NCBI GenBank assembly: GCA_051294905.1
Contig: CM119372.1
Span: forward strand, 26,228,001-26,292,000
Source of the DNA: Botryllus schlosseri
Lineage: Eukaryota
Direction of reading: 5' to 3'
Length of the DNA stretch: 64,000 bases
How positions within the stretch are numbered: the first letter of the stretch is position 1; every line of letters starts with the position of its first letter. A program made the position numbers and the translations under genes. The notes beneath the pieces were generated by a model. That model had not been told where the DNA came from, searched no databases, and saw nothing but the letters and a program-made list of their open reading frames with translations. Shown piece after piece: positions 51,111 to 64,000 of this stretch.

Positions 51111-52392
51111 ATAACGACCAGCTTATAAGATGATATTGTCAATATTTCTGACGCGTCTTAGTTACCGATGTGGACAACAACATTAGCCAGACTCCTATAT
51201 CTCCAGCCTATTGAGGCAAAACGATTGAATCCTAAAATACGATGTTTTACTAAAATATTGAATCGTAAAATATAATGTTTTACTAACACTTACCATTATA
51301 ATCACGCCGTGCCCGTACCCCGCATGATACAAATCTCGAAAATTACAACTGAAATGAGCTACCGTTTTATACCATTGAATGCGGCCCATTTCACCTTTAA
51401 TGAATACGCCGCAAAATACGCCGGCCCGTAACATATTTCGATTACAGCCAGTACAACTAGCAACTACTAATGCTGAGCAATCAGAGACGCATATGCAGCA
51501 GTGACCTTCATCAGGATCGGGCATCCAATACAGCGAAGAATCTGTGTGCGTGTCTCTTTGATACGGGATTTAAATCCAAAATTAACCGGAGGAAATCGCA
51601 AACAGACAGTACCACAGTTCATATTACACACAATTCAAACACAATGGATGGACTCTTGCAACATATCTCGACAATCATAAAACCACTATGAACTAGTGAT
51701 AGGAAATGACCAAGCGGAAAGAGAGGAAGTATATACTTGTTATGTATAACATACCCACTTGTGATATCGCAATGAGCTGTCATTAAGTGGTTATTTTATC
51801 TCCAACGAAAATAATGGTGTTTTATGCAATCATTTTAAGCCCTGCGCAGGTTCACCACAGACACGTTGTATGAAGCGCAGGCGAAACTATCAGGAATTCT
51901 CGCCGCACTGAAATCAAAATCGTTTCCTACGAAAACACGAGTATCATAGCGGTATTTGTCAGCAATACTATCACACATATAGACACTTGTGGGCAGACAT
52001 TGGATGATAAGGGTGACATCTACATCTGAAAATGATATTTCAAGCAATGCAAGAGGTATTTGTAGAGCTGCCTTGTCTGCGCCATTCACCACAAAAAAGT
52101 AGCGCATCAATCAAAAAGTAACTCTGAACCTATCAGATGTATCTACTTAAATGACGTAGCGACGCGTAGACCTATGTTTACACACAAAGGAGAATTAGTT
52201 TTGGCAACAGACTTTCGCTTGACAAAATCATAACCAAAAACAAAGGTCGCGTGCTGGTTTTTGTTCAGTCGAATACAAAAGGCAACGACGCGTAGCTTCT
52301 ATGACTTGAGCAAACGAGCCGATAAGCATACATTGAACTTAAACTACGAGGCCATCTTTCCCGTTCACCAAGTGGTATGCTAAAGCTAGACG

Positions 52393-52418
52393 ACAACAAC
52401 AACAACAACAACAACAAC
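52393..52418. repeat. (CAA)n microsatellite in SDR intron 1
   Basis: About 8 ACA/CAA units. Confidence 0.8.
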
Positions 52419-52447
52419 GAATTCGATAGTTTCGTAAAAGCTCTTAC

Positions 52448-52518
52448 CTGATAGTACTCTTAACAAATATCCACAGCAGCTGACATATAAAAATCAATGT
52501 TTCCAGGATCAAATTCAT
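52448..52518 (-). CDS. SDR16C-family short-chain dehydrogenase, exon 1 (N-terminal membrane anchor)
   Basis: ATG at 52518; MNLILETLIFICQLLWIFVKSTI, then AG|gtaaga donor in phase 2, matching exon 2. Hydrophobic N-terminus typical of RDHE2/RDH10/HSD17B11. Confidence 0.85.
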
Positions 52519-54089
52519 TGCTTAGATCTCGTACGGTAGGCTCTCGGTATCTTCAATCACTGCCCTAATTCAACTACTAGAGATTTACGTAAGAAATTGC
52601 TTCGCAAACATACGTTATATGATTATAAACTTCTAATGAGGTAAGTGACATAGTGAGTTAGTCAAAGCAATTGCGTCCTACTTTACGAAATACTTGCAAA
52701 CATTTGGCACAAGTTGGCAGTTGTTACCACAATCGACACTGTTTTGCCGTTGAGGAAGAGTATAGTAGTGTTAGTACGCAAATGTTTCTAACGCCCACAA
52801 TCCATCCGGCATAGATATTGCACATAATAACCGCGATTACGGTGTTATCCGTGACATGCTAATCTTTGCGAAATATTGGAAAATGCGGTGACCTTATTCT
52901 TGTACTTCTCGGTTGGAACAAATGAATGCGATTGCACGGTGGTTCTTAAACCTTTTCGTAGTACCATTACCAATTACCTCAGATAAGGAAATTATGGACT
53001 TCAATTTCCCATATATCGAAAAGCAACTAGTTACCGTTATAAATTAGAGACCATGGAATACGGAAACCCTGTTTACATGCGGGTCTGATATCGCTTGAAT
53101 ACGACAGATATGGCAAAAGCACCATTCAAAAAGTTTATTAGCCACTAGCATAATATTCCGACCGTACGCAATCAAGCTGCTCGAGCTTTCTGTCTACCGT
53201 ACTACAGCTTCATCGGTAGTTCGGAGAACAATAGCTATGACGGAACTGGTGAAATTATATCATTGAATATGTAACTGAAGGTGACAAAGCTATCACGTTT
53301 CTCGTCGGTTCTTATCTACGGCCTGTTATTGTCTGACGATCCGCGCAATTGTGTTGCCTATTGCCTAAGTAGCTGGTTAGGATTACATAATATAGAAATT
53401 CTTCTGCCTAAACCCTAGAGCATGCAATCCTATAATCTTTCTTACTTAATCGAGAGCTAGCATTCGCAGTATATATAATAATGCATAGGACTATTCATTA
53501 CCTAAGTCGCAAAATATCTAATCCTACAGGGTATTTATCTTGGCCTAAGCATATTTGTAATGTCGCTTGCAAAAGGTATATTGTAATCATAGACGACGAC
53601 TTAATAATCGGCTAAATATTAACTATGCACGAAGCCGTAAGTTACATTTACTTGGTGTTCAGACACTGCCATAAACGCAATACAACAATAATGCTCAGTG
53701 AGTGAGGCCCAGAATAAGCCGATTGTTACGGAGGACGATTATTTATTCGACATTGACTACACGGATCATCCTTTCACATTCGAATCTATTCGATACATTG
53801 ATATTCATATGGCGGATCTACGTTTGTATGCTATATGGATAGTTCAGCAATGCGTAATAATACGATTAATAGTTTCAATCGCGCAATCATGCATTATCTA
53901 GCCTACATGCTTAAGACCCTTCCATCCACCCACAGCTCTAACAATACCAGACGGCTGATTGTTATCGCTCACATGTACTAATATGCGTGAACGAGCATTC
54001 AAAAACAAACAGTCTGCAAATAAACACCCCCCGAAATAACTTGAGAGACCACATACCTCCGTGCCTACAAATAAATGAAAAGTAACTGA

Positions 54090-55039
54090 TAGGGATGGTG
54101 TGAACGTGAGGTTCACGTTCGCGTTCTGTGTGTGAACCTCGCAAATTTAGAGGTTCACGTTCACAAACGAACCTTGGTAGGTTCTGCACTGTGAACTTTT
54201 TTCATATATTACAATTTTCACGTCATTACAACATCTTTGGTTGAAATTTATCGCATTTCAACTGCGGGTCACTCTATGCGTGGCGCTGACAGCATAAAAA
54301 ATCAACACTAAATGAGCATGCACCTTGACAAACTCAAAAGTTTTACCTGTTTTGTTACAAAAGTTTGCTCGAAATATCCAGCTTTATGTGTGTGAATATT
54401 TAGTGACTCTCTGCTGTGAGCTTGACGCGCAATCACACAACATCACGAGCGAAATACGCCGGATGTAGGTAGTCAGCGAATGATGCTTATTCAAACAATT
54501 CATGAAATTGATATCGCTGTCTGATCTAGCCAGCGCACGGGGTCCACCTCAATTTTATATTTTTATTTTATCATAAAAACCAAATGCGTGCGATTGGGGT
54601 GTTGTCTGCTGCTGTATAACTTCTTAATGGAGTAAAACCGATAGCACATTCTGCTTAATATCCCCGTAGCAACACTCAGACGCCCAATACATTGTCCGGT
54701 CCGGCCTAGACCGTCAAGGCGTAAGGTTATATTATTTTGCAAGTTCTCGTTGAAACTGTTGACAAAGCGACGGACGATATAGATTTTATGGAATTAATAT
54801 ATCATTTGATTCGCAGTTGATACATTTGGCGACGTTTAAAAAGCCAGTATGTACTTCAGCATTGTGGCATAGTGTGGTCCGAGTCGTCGCTAGGTATAAT
54901 TTCACAGAAATGCAGGGTTAGAATTCACAATATGACGTCACGTGACGTCATGAGGTTCACGTTCGCGTTCACATAGAACCTTTGAAAAAGGTTCGCGTTC
55001 ACACGAACCTGAACCTTTCTGAGGTTCACACCATCCCTA
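54090..55039. mobile_element. MITE family F, complete copy
   Basis: TIR TAGGGATGGTGTGAAC; perfect TSD gtaactga. Confidence 0.9.
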
Positions 55040-55189
55040 GTAACTGATACATCGACTCATAGCCCTTCGCTCAAACCGTCAGAAATCCTTGTCTTGCGTC
55101 TTTGTCTGTACTGAGGTAAATGGCTAGTCCAATGAATGAGGTATGCCTTGATAGCATTGCCCTTTATTAAAGGCTCCTTATCAATCACA

Positions 55190-55302
55190 AATACCGAAAG
55201 CAACTGTTTGCAGTATATGAAGACATGAGAGTTTCGCTATCCAAAACCGAACCAAAGATTGATGACTTCATTGAAGCAAAACAAGTGCACCCATGCCATT
55301 AA
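55190..55302 (+). pseudogene. Remnant of a Charlie/Buster transposase C-terminus
   Basis: KYR...EDMRVSLSKTEP..DDFIEAKQVHPCH* (frameshifted) resembles the KYRNRL...DLR..LS...P...KQAHPSH* ending of this family. Confidence 0.6.
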
Positions 55303-55777
55303 ACGCACAGCGAATGTTTGAAAGCTGTTGCTTTTACTTTCGTTGGTGTGAATATCGCATTTTCCTACCGCTTTACTCTCTAATTTAAGGCCACAAACAT
55401 CGGAATAATTGAAAAGGGTGCTACAGGCAAAATTCCTGGCAAGGTCCTGGAACCACAGGCATAGAGCATTGCCAATGCATATTGAGTTACCAGATGGTCA
55501 TATTTAACTGAAAGTACGGATGCTTGTCGGTACCGATATAAAATGTGGCAAGAACTTTACTGAAAATCGATCTTCTAGCAGCCGTATCTCGCATTGTCAT
55601 TGGTCAGCTCATGTATATTCTGTTATGCGAAAAGGGAATCTTCAGACGCCGCAATTATTAATTTCGGTTTTATGTAGATTTTTGCTGCCCCCTCACAGCC
55701 CCCCTCCGGTGCAGCTGTCGCGAAGATTTGTGATCAGTGCATTTTATATTTCAATTCATACTTCAATCCTTAAAAGA

Positions 55778-56538
55778 CAGTGGTTCTCAACCGGGGCTCC
55801 GCGAAACATTTTCAGGTGGTCCGCGAAACCTCTAAATTTGGAAAATGACTGAAAAATGTGGAAGTATTTTAAATTAGGCAATTCACGAAACAGTTTCGCT
55901 TCAAAACTGCTAAGGCGTCAGTAGCACATCTACAGAATGGCCGTATGAGTTTAAATATGCTACTGTGTAAACTCATTTTAATTGCGAAACTGCCAATAGC
56001 CGACTGATACATACATATTGATTAAAAAATGGATTAAAACCTCATCACGGAATCCATTTTGTCATGTGATATGCATAATTGCTATTCGAGAATATCTTGA
56101 AGACGAGCCGATATATAGAAATGACTAGTCTGAACGTGATAACTTCATTGAAAAATCTGTTTCTCAATTTTGGTTCCACATGTTGCGATTGTACTCGAAG
56201 ATGTCGTCGGAAGCGTCATTAGTTAATATTACATTCGCCACTTTTGTGGAAATGGATTTTCGGCACTCGTTCATATACAAATCGAAGGCGTGAAATTTCA
56301 AGACACTACCACATATTTAAAGAAATAATAAATTCAGTTGCAGAAGTCCCTTCGAAATAATAAAAGTCTACCAATATTTCTACAGGGTAGCCTATGGTAT
56401 TATCACTAGCCTTGAGTTGATATTTGCACAAGGCCGATGACGGTTACACAATAATTTAGCTAAATTTGAACTAAAACTTGAGTGGGTCCGTCACGGTTTA
56501 AAAGGGATCCGAGAACACAAAAAGGTTGAGAACCACTG
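55778..56538 (+). mobile_element. hAT Charlie/Buster-derived non-autonomous element
   Basis: TIR CAGTGGTTCTCAACC; TSD ttaaaaga/ttctaaga; remnant FWFHM...GFSALVHI near 56168-56280. Confidence 0.8.
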
Positions 56539-57030
56539 TTCTAAGACCATATGCGCAATGCACATGCACTTGGGCTAGGGGTGTCCAGCTCAACTGACGT
56601 CGCGGGCCGGATTCAACACTTCAGATCGGTCGCAGGCAACGGCAAACTTCCTCAATCCCAAAATACCTCCAAGTCCACGATCTTGTTTTTCATTTGAATA
56701 CTTTATTAGCCAGCTTATATACACAAGAACACAATAGTGTATTACATTACACTGGTCAACACAATTTTTGTTGACTTTGATCACACAATTGAATTTTACT
56801 AACTATTGGGCGCTGAATTAAAGAGTGACTGCCGTTTTTCTCCATCACGACAAGTGTTTGGGTTAGTCACCTACCACATTTCTCATAACTCACATAATAG
56901 CACTACTTTTAATATATTGTTTATTGTTTATTGTTTATTGTATAAAACGTTTCATTAACCACAAGTAGTCGAAGGTAAATCAATAGACTTCATATAAACA
57001 TTTTCACTGCTTTATTTGGTTGATTTAAAC

Positions 57031-58918
57031 CAGTGGTTCTTAACCTTGCCTCCAGCGCCCCCCAAGGGGCGCTGGCGATTTTGAAGGGGGCGGAAACGCT
57101 CAGGGGGCAATATGAGGGGCGCTGGGCTCAGGGAGGCGATATGGGGGGAGCTGGTGAAAAATGGCTTCGCAGTAGATGCTGGGGTAGTAGGACATATCCT
57201 TAATGAGTATTCAGAGCGAATTAACACCGAAAACTTCGTTATATCTAGCCTACAAAAGACATATAGGTTTAATTGTCCATAGGCGCCTAAATGACTGGCA
57301 CCGAATGTTCCTGTCTTGGCAATCTGAACCTCAGAAGACGAATTCCATCTGGCAGGGAAAAATTATATGCCAGTGAAGAAATACCAATTTGAAATCGTGT
57401 GCGTCTTGTAGTTTAGTACGATTGAGCGACTGGGATATATAGAACTAGATATCCCTGTTGGGCGATATCCCTGTTTGGCGATTCTATATTTTTTTATATA
57501 GCAGACAGGAGGTCACGAAATAACATCATGCAGCGAAGTCATACCGACGGGTCCGCCCGCCCGAATATGTTTAAATATTAGTTACGGGCCCTACAGTTTC
57601 CAAGACACCTCACAATGTTCCCTCTACGTTTTGACGAGTCTGCGCACACTCACCAACTCACTGTGCAGACCCTTGGACAACAGTGCGTAACGACTAAAAA
57701 AAGGTCATAACTTCGGATTTGTTGTGCGCAACGTAGATTTTCGGTGGGTAGAGACCGTGTCAGCACTGAGCACATGCGCAGCTTAGAGGGAACGTTGCAC
57801 CTCACTCAGCTCTACCGGTAAATCTTGTAACGTGAGCAGAGAGGACAAGAAATTGATAGCTAAATATATGCAATTCCCGATCTTATTGACCGATTTTATC
57901 ATGAATTATCGAAAATTTTCGCGCTTCGCACTGGCTCGCTAAACAGTACAGCTGATTTCATGGCAAAAGCGAACAACGTGATGGGGGGCGATCGGTTTAT
58001 CACTCCTATGGGAGCCCAAGACCCAAGTTTTTTCGGGGGGTCTGACGAAGTGTCGTTTCGTTCTTGCCAACGGGTATACGCCCGAAGATGTATAATTATT
58101 ATTGAGGGGTCCTACCTTTTCAATCACACATCACTCAGCTCTACCGGTAAATCTGTTTACGTGAGTAGAGAGAGGATTAAGATTGATATCAATATATATG
58201 CAATTCCCGATCATATTGACCAATTCAATAATAATAATTATTGAAATTTTTCGCGCTTCGCGCGTCTAGGCGAGAATAGCTGGCTCAGAAAATGGACACC
58301 CAATGTAGATGACCAGTATCAGCAAATAGCGGATAGCCGAAGGCGGGTCTGGGAGCGAAGCTCCCCGGAAGTTTGGTTTACCACCCTATTGGGGGGGGGC
58401 AAGACCAACGTTTTTTTTTTTGGGGGGGGGGGGCTGACGAAGTGTTGTTGCGGCCCTGGTAACGAATTAATTGTACCTACGGGCACGCCCGACTATGTTT
58501 GATTATTAATTACGTGCCTTTTATTTTCCAATACAACAGCTCACTCAGCGCTACTGGTAAATCTGATTACGTGGGCTGAGAGGATAAAAAGTTTATAGCG
58601 ACATATATATATGTATTTACCACCTATTCATTCATGCATTATAGAAAATTTTGGCACCTAGAGCGAACAGGCCACACAAACTTTGCTGACCATCGAAATC
58701 ACGCTACGGGGTTCTTGGGGGCGAAGCCCTCAGAAGTTGTGTTTATCACGCTATGGGTACACAAGGCAATCGTTTTAGGGGGGTTGACAAAGTGCTGATA
58801 CGGCCCTTCCTGTTACTCATTGTCTTTATTACATTCCTCACAATATGAGGTTGGGGGGCGCTGGAGCACGATAATCTTTGAAAGGGGGCGCTGGAGGAAA
58901 AAAGGTTAAGAACCACTG
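57031..58918. mobile_element. Family B element (inverted relative to 4086-5627)
   Basis: TIR CAGTGGTTCTTAACCTT; perfect TSD atttaaac; three diverged internal units. Confidence 0.9.
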
Positions 58919-60040
58919 ATTTAAACTGATATTGCTTCTACAGGACAAATAAAGTGCGAGTTTCCGGGTCCAAACTTACGCAAACAGCCAATAATTATAT
59001 GGGTTGTCCAGTTTGATACTCGAGCAATAGTCAGCTAACATATGTAAGCTCTAATCTACTCAGGTACCTTACTCCCATCACCTTCAGATGTTGGGGGACA
59101 TTTTATCCTTGCCCATCTCTGACGTTGTCAAGGTTGTCAAGGTTTTCAGGGAATTCAGCTTTTTTCATGTCTGCTGTCCGACATAAACATATGGCGTGGC
59201 ACTTGTGTATCAGGGTTACATGAGCATCTTTGTTGTATGACCACTAAAAAAACACAATATTTCAAAACTGACACATATGATCCAATCTTGCTCTTGATAT
59301 TGCATCAATTCAATGTTTCTGTATTATTCTCAATGTTTCTGTATAATTCACGAAGACTAACCGAGTGTGCAATTGTTACTGCTCCTCAGACGTTGGCATT
59401 TTGGAGAATGCCACACTTTAGGATTCTTTTTGAGCTAACTATCGGCATCTGCCATTCACTTGAGAGTAAATCGGGATTCCTAACTCCTCCAGTAATCCAT
59501 GGTAACAGTGTCACGCCAATACCAGTACCATACGACAATGCACAAAGCTACCGAAAGTAGACCTACGAAAAAAGGCTGTTTCTCCTGATCGAAAGTGAGA
59601 TACTTTCTCTACCTTGCCAAGTAATCTTTTCTCAATTCGTAACTGTGCTAAAAGTTCCGAAGATTTCTATTCCAACTCCCAAGGCTAACGTCAGATCAAT
59701 ATCTTGTGTTGATGAGCTACTCTACGTTTCTGAATCATCTTCGATTTCAAAATCTTCATCATTAGCCTGCTATCCCTAAAATCTTCATCTTCATCCAAAT
59801 TATCGAGCGTATAGGAGTTTCAAGCTACACTGGATGAGCTTAATGGGGACCTATAGCTGATAGTAAATGTTATATTCATTTTTCTGCTATATCTTGCAGT
59901 TTGCATCAAATATGTGCGAAATATCCTCGGATGATTGCATCCTGTAACCCAAAATGGCTGAAAGCATCGGCCTTGGTCGGTACCAGTACCTTTTTTATTG
60001 ACAATTCAATAGGCCTTTTGCAGGACTTCGATCACGTGAA

Positions 60041-62731
60041 TAGATACGCATAGCAACAACAAATTGGTTAGCAAGCTACTTTCTGGCGCACCTGCTTCAG
60101 TGCTAAATATCGCATAGTGTACTGTTGATTTCTGGTTGTAAACGTTTCGGAAATTTGTTGTAGAAGTCATCAGAGATTCACCTATGCTAGATGTCAATCA
60201 TGTACAAAGCATTTCGAATGATATCGTCAGAATTACGCAGAAATCCATCGGTAACGTAGTCGTATACGGTACTCAACTCTGATCATATGTACTTAAATTT
60301 ATGCATTTGAAGTAAAGCGATTGGCTTATATTCTGGTAAGAGTATTTGTTAGTTCAAGCAGTACTATTTGTCTGTTGTGGAGCCTGATTTTGGATGGAAG
60401 ATATGGCTGAAGCAGCCGGGACCCGCAAGGATCAGGATATACTGTCTGCTGGTTTGGGTGCTGGCGTGCTGCTATAAAACAAATGTCGCTGAACACATCG
60501 GAAGTATCTTTTGGGAGAACTTGCCGTCAAGACTAAGCAAATCAGTGCACTTTATTGTTGCCTTATACAATCCCAATTTTATTACCACTACTTCGCAACT
60601 GCGATTGAAGTGGATTTGGCAAATCACACTCGATTTTGATTAATAGTTGATGTCACATATGTGCGATATTTAGCGAACTAAGGGAAGTAACTATCATATA
60701 ACTCTTAGAGCAGCTCAAACGCAGTGACAAGATCGGTCATCCTATACCCAGACGTGGTCAACGTGGTCATTGTTGGGAACCGAGTAGAAGTAATGCCTTA
60801 ATTTATACTCCAGTACAAGTAGCACTAATTACTTCCAGGACATGTCCAAAGTACTTCGAGTGGAAGTAGAAATGAATTTCTGAAAAGCGGTCAAGAAATT
60901 CGTTACATGAAGTAGATTTGGTTGAGGGTCACTTAGTTTTAGAAATTGATGCCATGTGACAACTGTAAACATTGCATGTTGCATCTTCTTGATCAACGCA
61001 AAAGGGTGATAACACCACAAATAAGTGCAATTTTCAAAAATTAATTTAGTTACCGTGGTACTGGGGCTATTTTGCCCAGTTGTTATGACAACCTCACGCT
61101 TGAAGGGGATGCATTCATGCGCCAAAGCTACTTTCTAGTTGACAAAATCCCAAACCTGACAAAAAAGTACTACCTAAAAAGTGTCAAGTAGAAGTGGAAG
61201 TAGCCTAAACTCATAATGACGCTAGTACTCAGGTAAAATAGTACTTCGTTGCTGACCCCCTCTGTGTATTGGCTCATCCAACTCAGAAACATCCTCTAAA
61301 GACGACTAACATTGTTTCTTTCGCATTGACTCCGTAATATTCTGAACTTATGATATTCTTTGATTCATTGAATTTACAAATAAACTTGCAAAGAAGATCG
61401 ATTTATTAATTTTTGTGCATTCGATACCCAGAGCATAAGAAATAGTTGAAGAAAAATGGATGTTAACCTTCTCAAGTTCAATAACTGCCGAGACTGTTAT
61501 GCCTATGTATTTTCCTCTACCTCCATAGCCACTTGTCTAGACATATTCATTGCATCCACGGAAGAGCGCTTGTCTTGCTGTACACAAATGAAATATCATT
61601 TTCAAAGCAGACATCAACATCGGGAAAGAAGTTCAGGACAGTTAGTCAGTGGTCAGATCATCTGCTGACATTTTCTGTTGGCATGAAACCACGCTGCCTT
61701 CCACCGCATGACCAAATTTTATGTGGTGATAATAATTGGCTCCAGATTGAATTCTTGACGAGGGCATCATCAATTTCTTAGTTGCCTATGTTCGGCTCTC
61801 TTGGGATAATCCATCAGATCATTATTCCGTATGCATGTGGTATAGCCATATGTCTTGAAACTCAAGATATTTGCACTGTGCCATAGAGTGAAGTAATCCA
61901 ATCCAGGCAATCAATCAAGTAATCCAGGCCCCGGGACAGTTTGTTTCACCCTCAATTGGAGCTGATGATCATTTTCCTTCGGGTAGTGGCACTTGGCAGC
62001 ATGACAGAATGATCAATAACTTGTAATATAGGTGTAGAGGTCTAAACATTTTGAATTGTTTAACTGAGAAGTCATACAATAGCTTAGGATATTTAATATA
62101 TATATGGTATGTAGCACATTGCATGAATTCATAACACATCAACGTACTGGCACTGGCAGTCATTGTCTCTTAGGCTTAAAAATAGCAGTATCCTATATTG
62201 CAATCGATATCAATCATCAAAATGCTGCAATGATTACCAACTACCGCTACAATACAACTATAGTATACTATCCACACCTAACTTAATGCTGCAATAAATA
62301 TCACGCAGTCAATGTCCTGCAATGTCGAATTTTGTGTCATAAAATCATAGTTGACTACCAAATAACGGCTACAATGTCGATCATTTTGACGCAAGGAGTT
62401 TACATAGTTCATGAATCAAAGACATCCAACATATTTGAATCCTTGCGCATCTCCATGACACTTGCGAACGTTTACAGCCCGAAAACAATAATATACTGTA
62501 TCCGAAATACGGCTACGTTAACGACGGATTTCTGCGTAATTCTCACGGTATCATTCTATGTGCTTTGTACATGATTGACATCTAGCATAGGTAAATCTCT
62601 GATGACTTCTACAACAAATTTCCGAAACGTTTACAACCAGAAATCAACAGTACACTATGCGATATTTAGCACTGAAGCAGGTGCGCGAGAAAGTAGCTTG
62701 CTAACCAATTTGTTGTTGCTATGCGTATCTA
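60041..62731. repeat. Pair of about 225-bp inverted repeats (60041-60265 and about 62506-62731)
   Basis: TAGATACGCATAGCAACAAC... matches the reverse complement ...GTTGTTGCTATGCGTATCTA; explains near-identical ORFs 60006-60197(-) and 62575-62790(+). Confidence 0.85.
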
Positions 62732-64000
62732 GTCCACTGAGCTATATAAACACTGGAGTGCGCTACTCGCGATATTTACGTTGTCACTAGAAACAGTTGC
62801 ATTGTGGGGAATAGGCTGGACGATTTAGTACAGAAGCTTATGGAAAAACGTCCAGTTTTAAAATATATTTGATTCGTATTGGGTTTGTAGTATTTTATAC
62901 GAATGGAGCTTTGAATGAATAATCATCGTAACATTCAGGATTTGTTTCAGCCCAATATCTCGTGTTTATATCTGTGTTATCTGTGTATTTCGACATGTCG
63001 AAGATATAAGTGGTTTCGATTGTTCGTGGTAAAATAAGGTTGTCTATGTGTCATCGTATGTATTTTTTTGTGGTTATATTCCTGATGTAGATTGCTTTAC
63101 TCGTTGTATCCAGCATATTTTACGTGTACAGAAATAACCAATCTGTCAAAAGATGTATAATGCCAGTTCAGTTATCTTTCAGATATATGTATCTATAGGA
63201 AGTAAAAGCATCTACGATTGCCAGCTTGAAGTTATTATCGGAGCGTGCCTCAGAATTACCTAGCCTGGATTCAAAATCTTCATACTGCAATGGAGCTGAT
63301 GTGAATGCTGTAACTGCCAGCTACGTGGTGGCTGTGAATATTGCCGATGGAGAAAATTCAGCATCATGGGACATATCAAAAGGCACTGCTGAAATCAATT
63401 GAATGCCATTGTGGTTATTCTACGTATTTATTGGTTCAGCGTATTTAAATAAATTTAAAAAAGAGAAAGTAAAGATATGTCTGCTATGTGTAGCGATGGG
63501 GTAGTGATTTCTGTAGAAGTGACTGAATGAGTTCATTGAATGAGAGAAACAAGAAATGCATGGGTCCTTATTCAGATGTAGCTAGAATTGCCCAATTCAC
63601 AGTGAAATTGAGGCTATGTTGGTTACAGCAATCTGTGCACTGTGGGAGTTCATAATAAATATTAATTTTATCGAATCAATACGGCACAAGATACAATCTA
63701 AATGGCGTACATGTATTTGATCATAATTACACCTACAGCTACCCATATACGTGTGTACATGAAGCTTGGCTCGTTTTGCACTTTCATGAAACCAGAAATT
63801 AGATTAGATTCAAAACTAACTGGAGATGTGAACATTTCAACTCAGTTTTTCTGCCCACGATACTTGCCTACCCTACTAGATGAAGCACTCGAACCTGGCT
63901 TTAGATCAACCATTTCTGTGGTCACACGCAATAACGCGCTGTACTGCCTCGTCACACGAAATACCGCGCTGTACTGTCTCGCACAAAAATGCTGAACTTT

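Noticed and set aside
52600..52680. TATA-like and AP-1-like motifs upstream of the SDR ATG
   Set aside because: Short degenerate matches are expected by chance in AT-rich DNA; the transcription start is unknown.
59100..59960. Possible decayed piggyBac-like transposase on the minus strand (acidic DEDEDF stretch)
   Set aside because: Many stops, no TTAA-bounded termini or catalytic motifs recognised; too weak without a search.
61280..62000. Possible P-element/THAP9-like remnant inside the long inverted repeats
   Set aside because: Only a vague terminal LVVFRG resemblance; no diagnostic motif or 8-bp TSD.
63200..63403. Coding-looking stretch near the window end
   Set aside because: Short open frame with no recognisable domain and no supported splice partners.

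Overview
AT-rich, intron-containing eukaryotic DNA, not prokaryotic; by gene content and repeat style it is probably an invertebrate deuterostome such as an ascidian (inference only). Two spliced genes face each other. (1) On the + strand are the last six exons (587-17218; 5' end lies outside the window) of a single-pass leucine-rich-repeat receptor: many LRRs, LRRCT, transmembrane helix, about 41-aa tail, no TIR domain. (2) On the - strand is a complete six-exon, 311-aa SDR16C-type short-chain dehydrogenase (retinol dehydrogenase RDHE2/RDH10/HSD17B11-like; ATG 52518, stop 30034). All splice junctions are GT-AG and phase-compatible. Introns and intergenic DNA are densely filled with non-autonomous hAT elements (many with intact 8-bp target-site duplications, several nested), a tRNA-derived SINE family, a LINE 3' fragment and decayed transposase remnants. 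Most short ORFs in the supplied track are spurious. Best leads: the TIR-less receptor with TLR7/8/9-style repeats, an unusual hAT transposase lineage at 2334-4020, a direct-repeat-bounded hairpin-bearing 1.25-kb segment at 20460-21706 (speculatively a rolling-circle or ssDNA-virus relic), and hAT elements with shared ends but different interiors. I found no firm evidence of a wholly new system.
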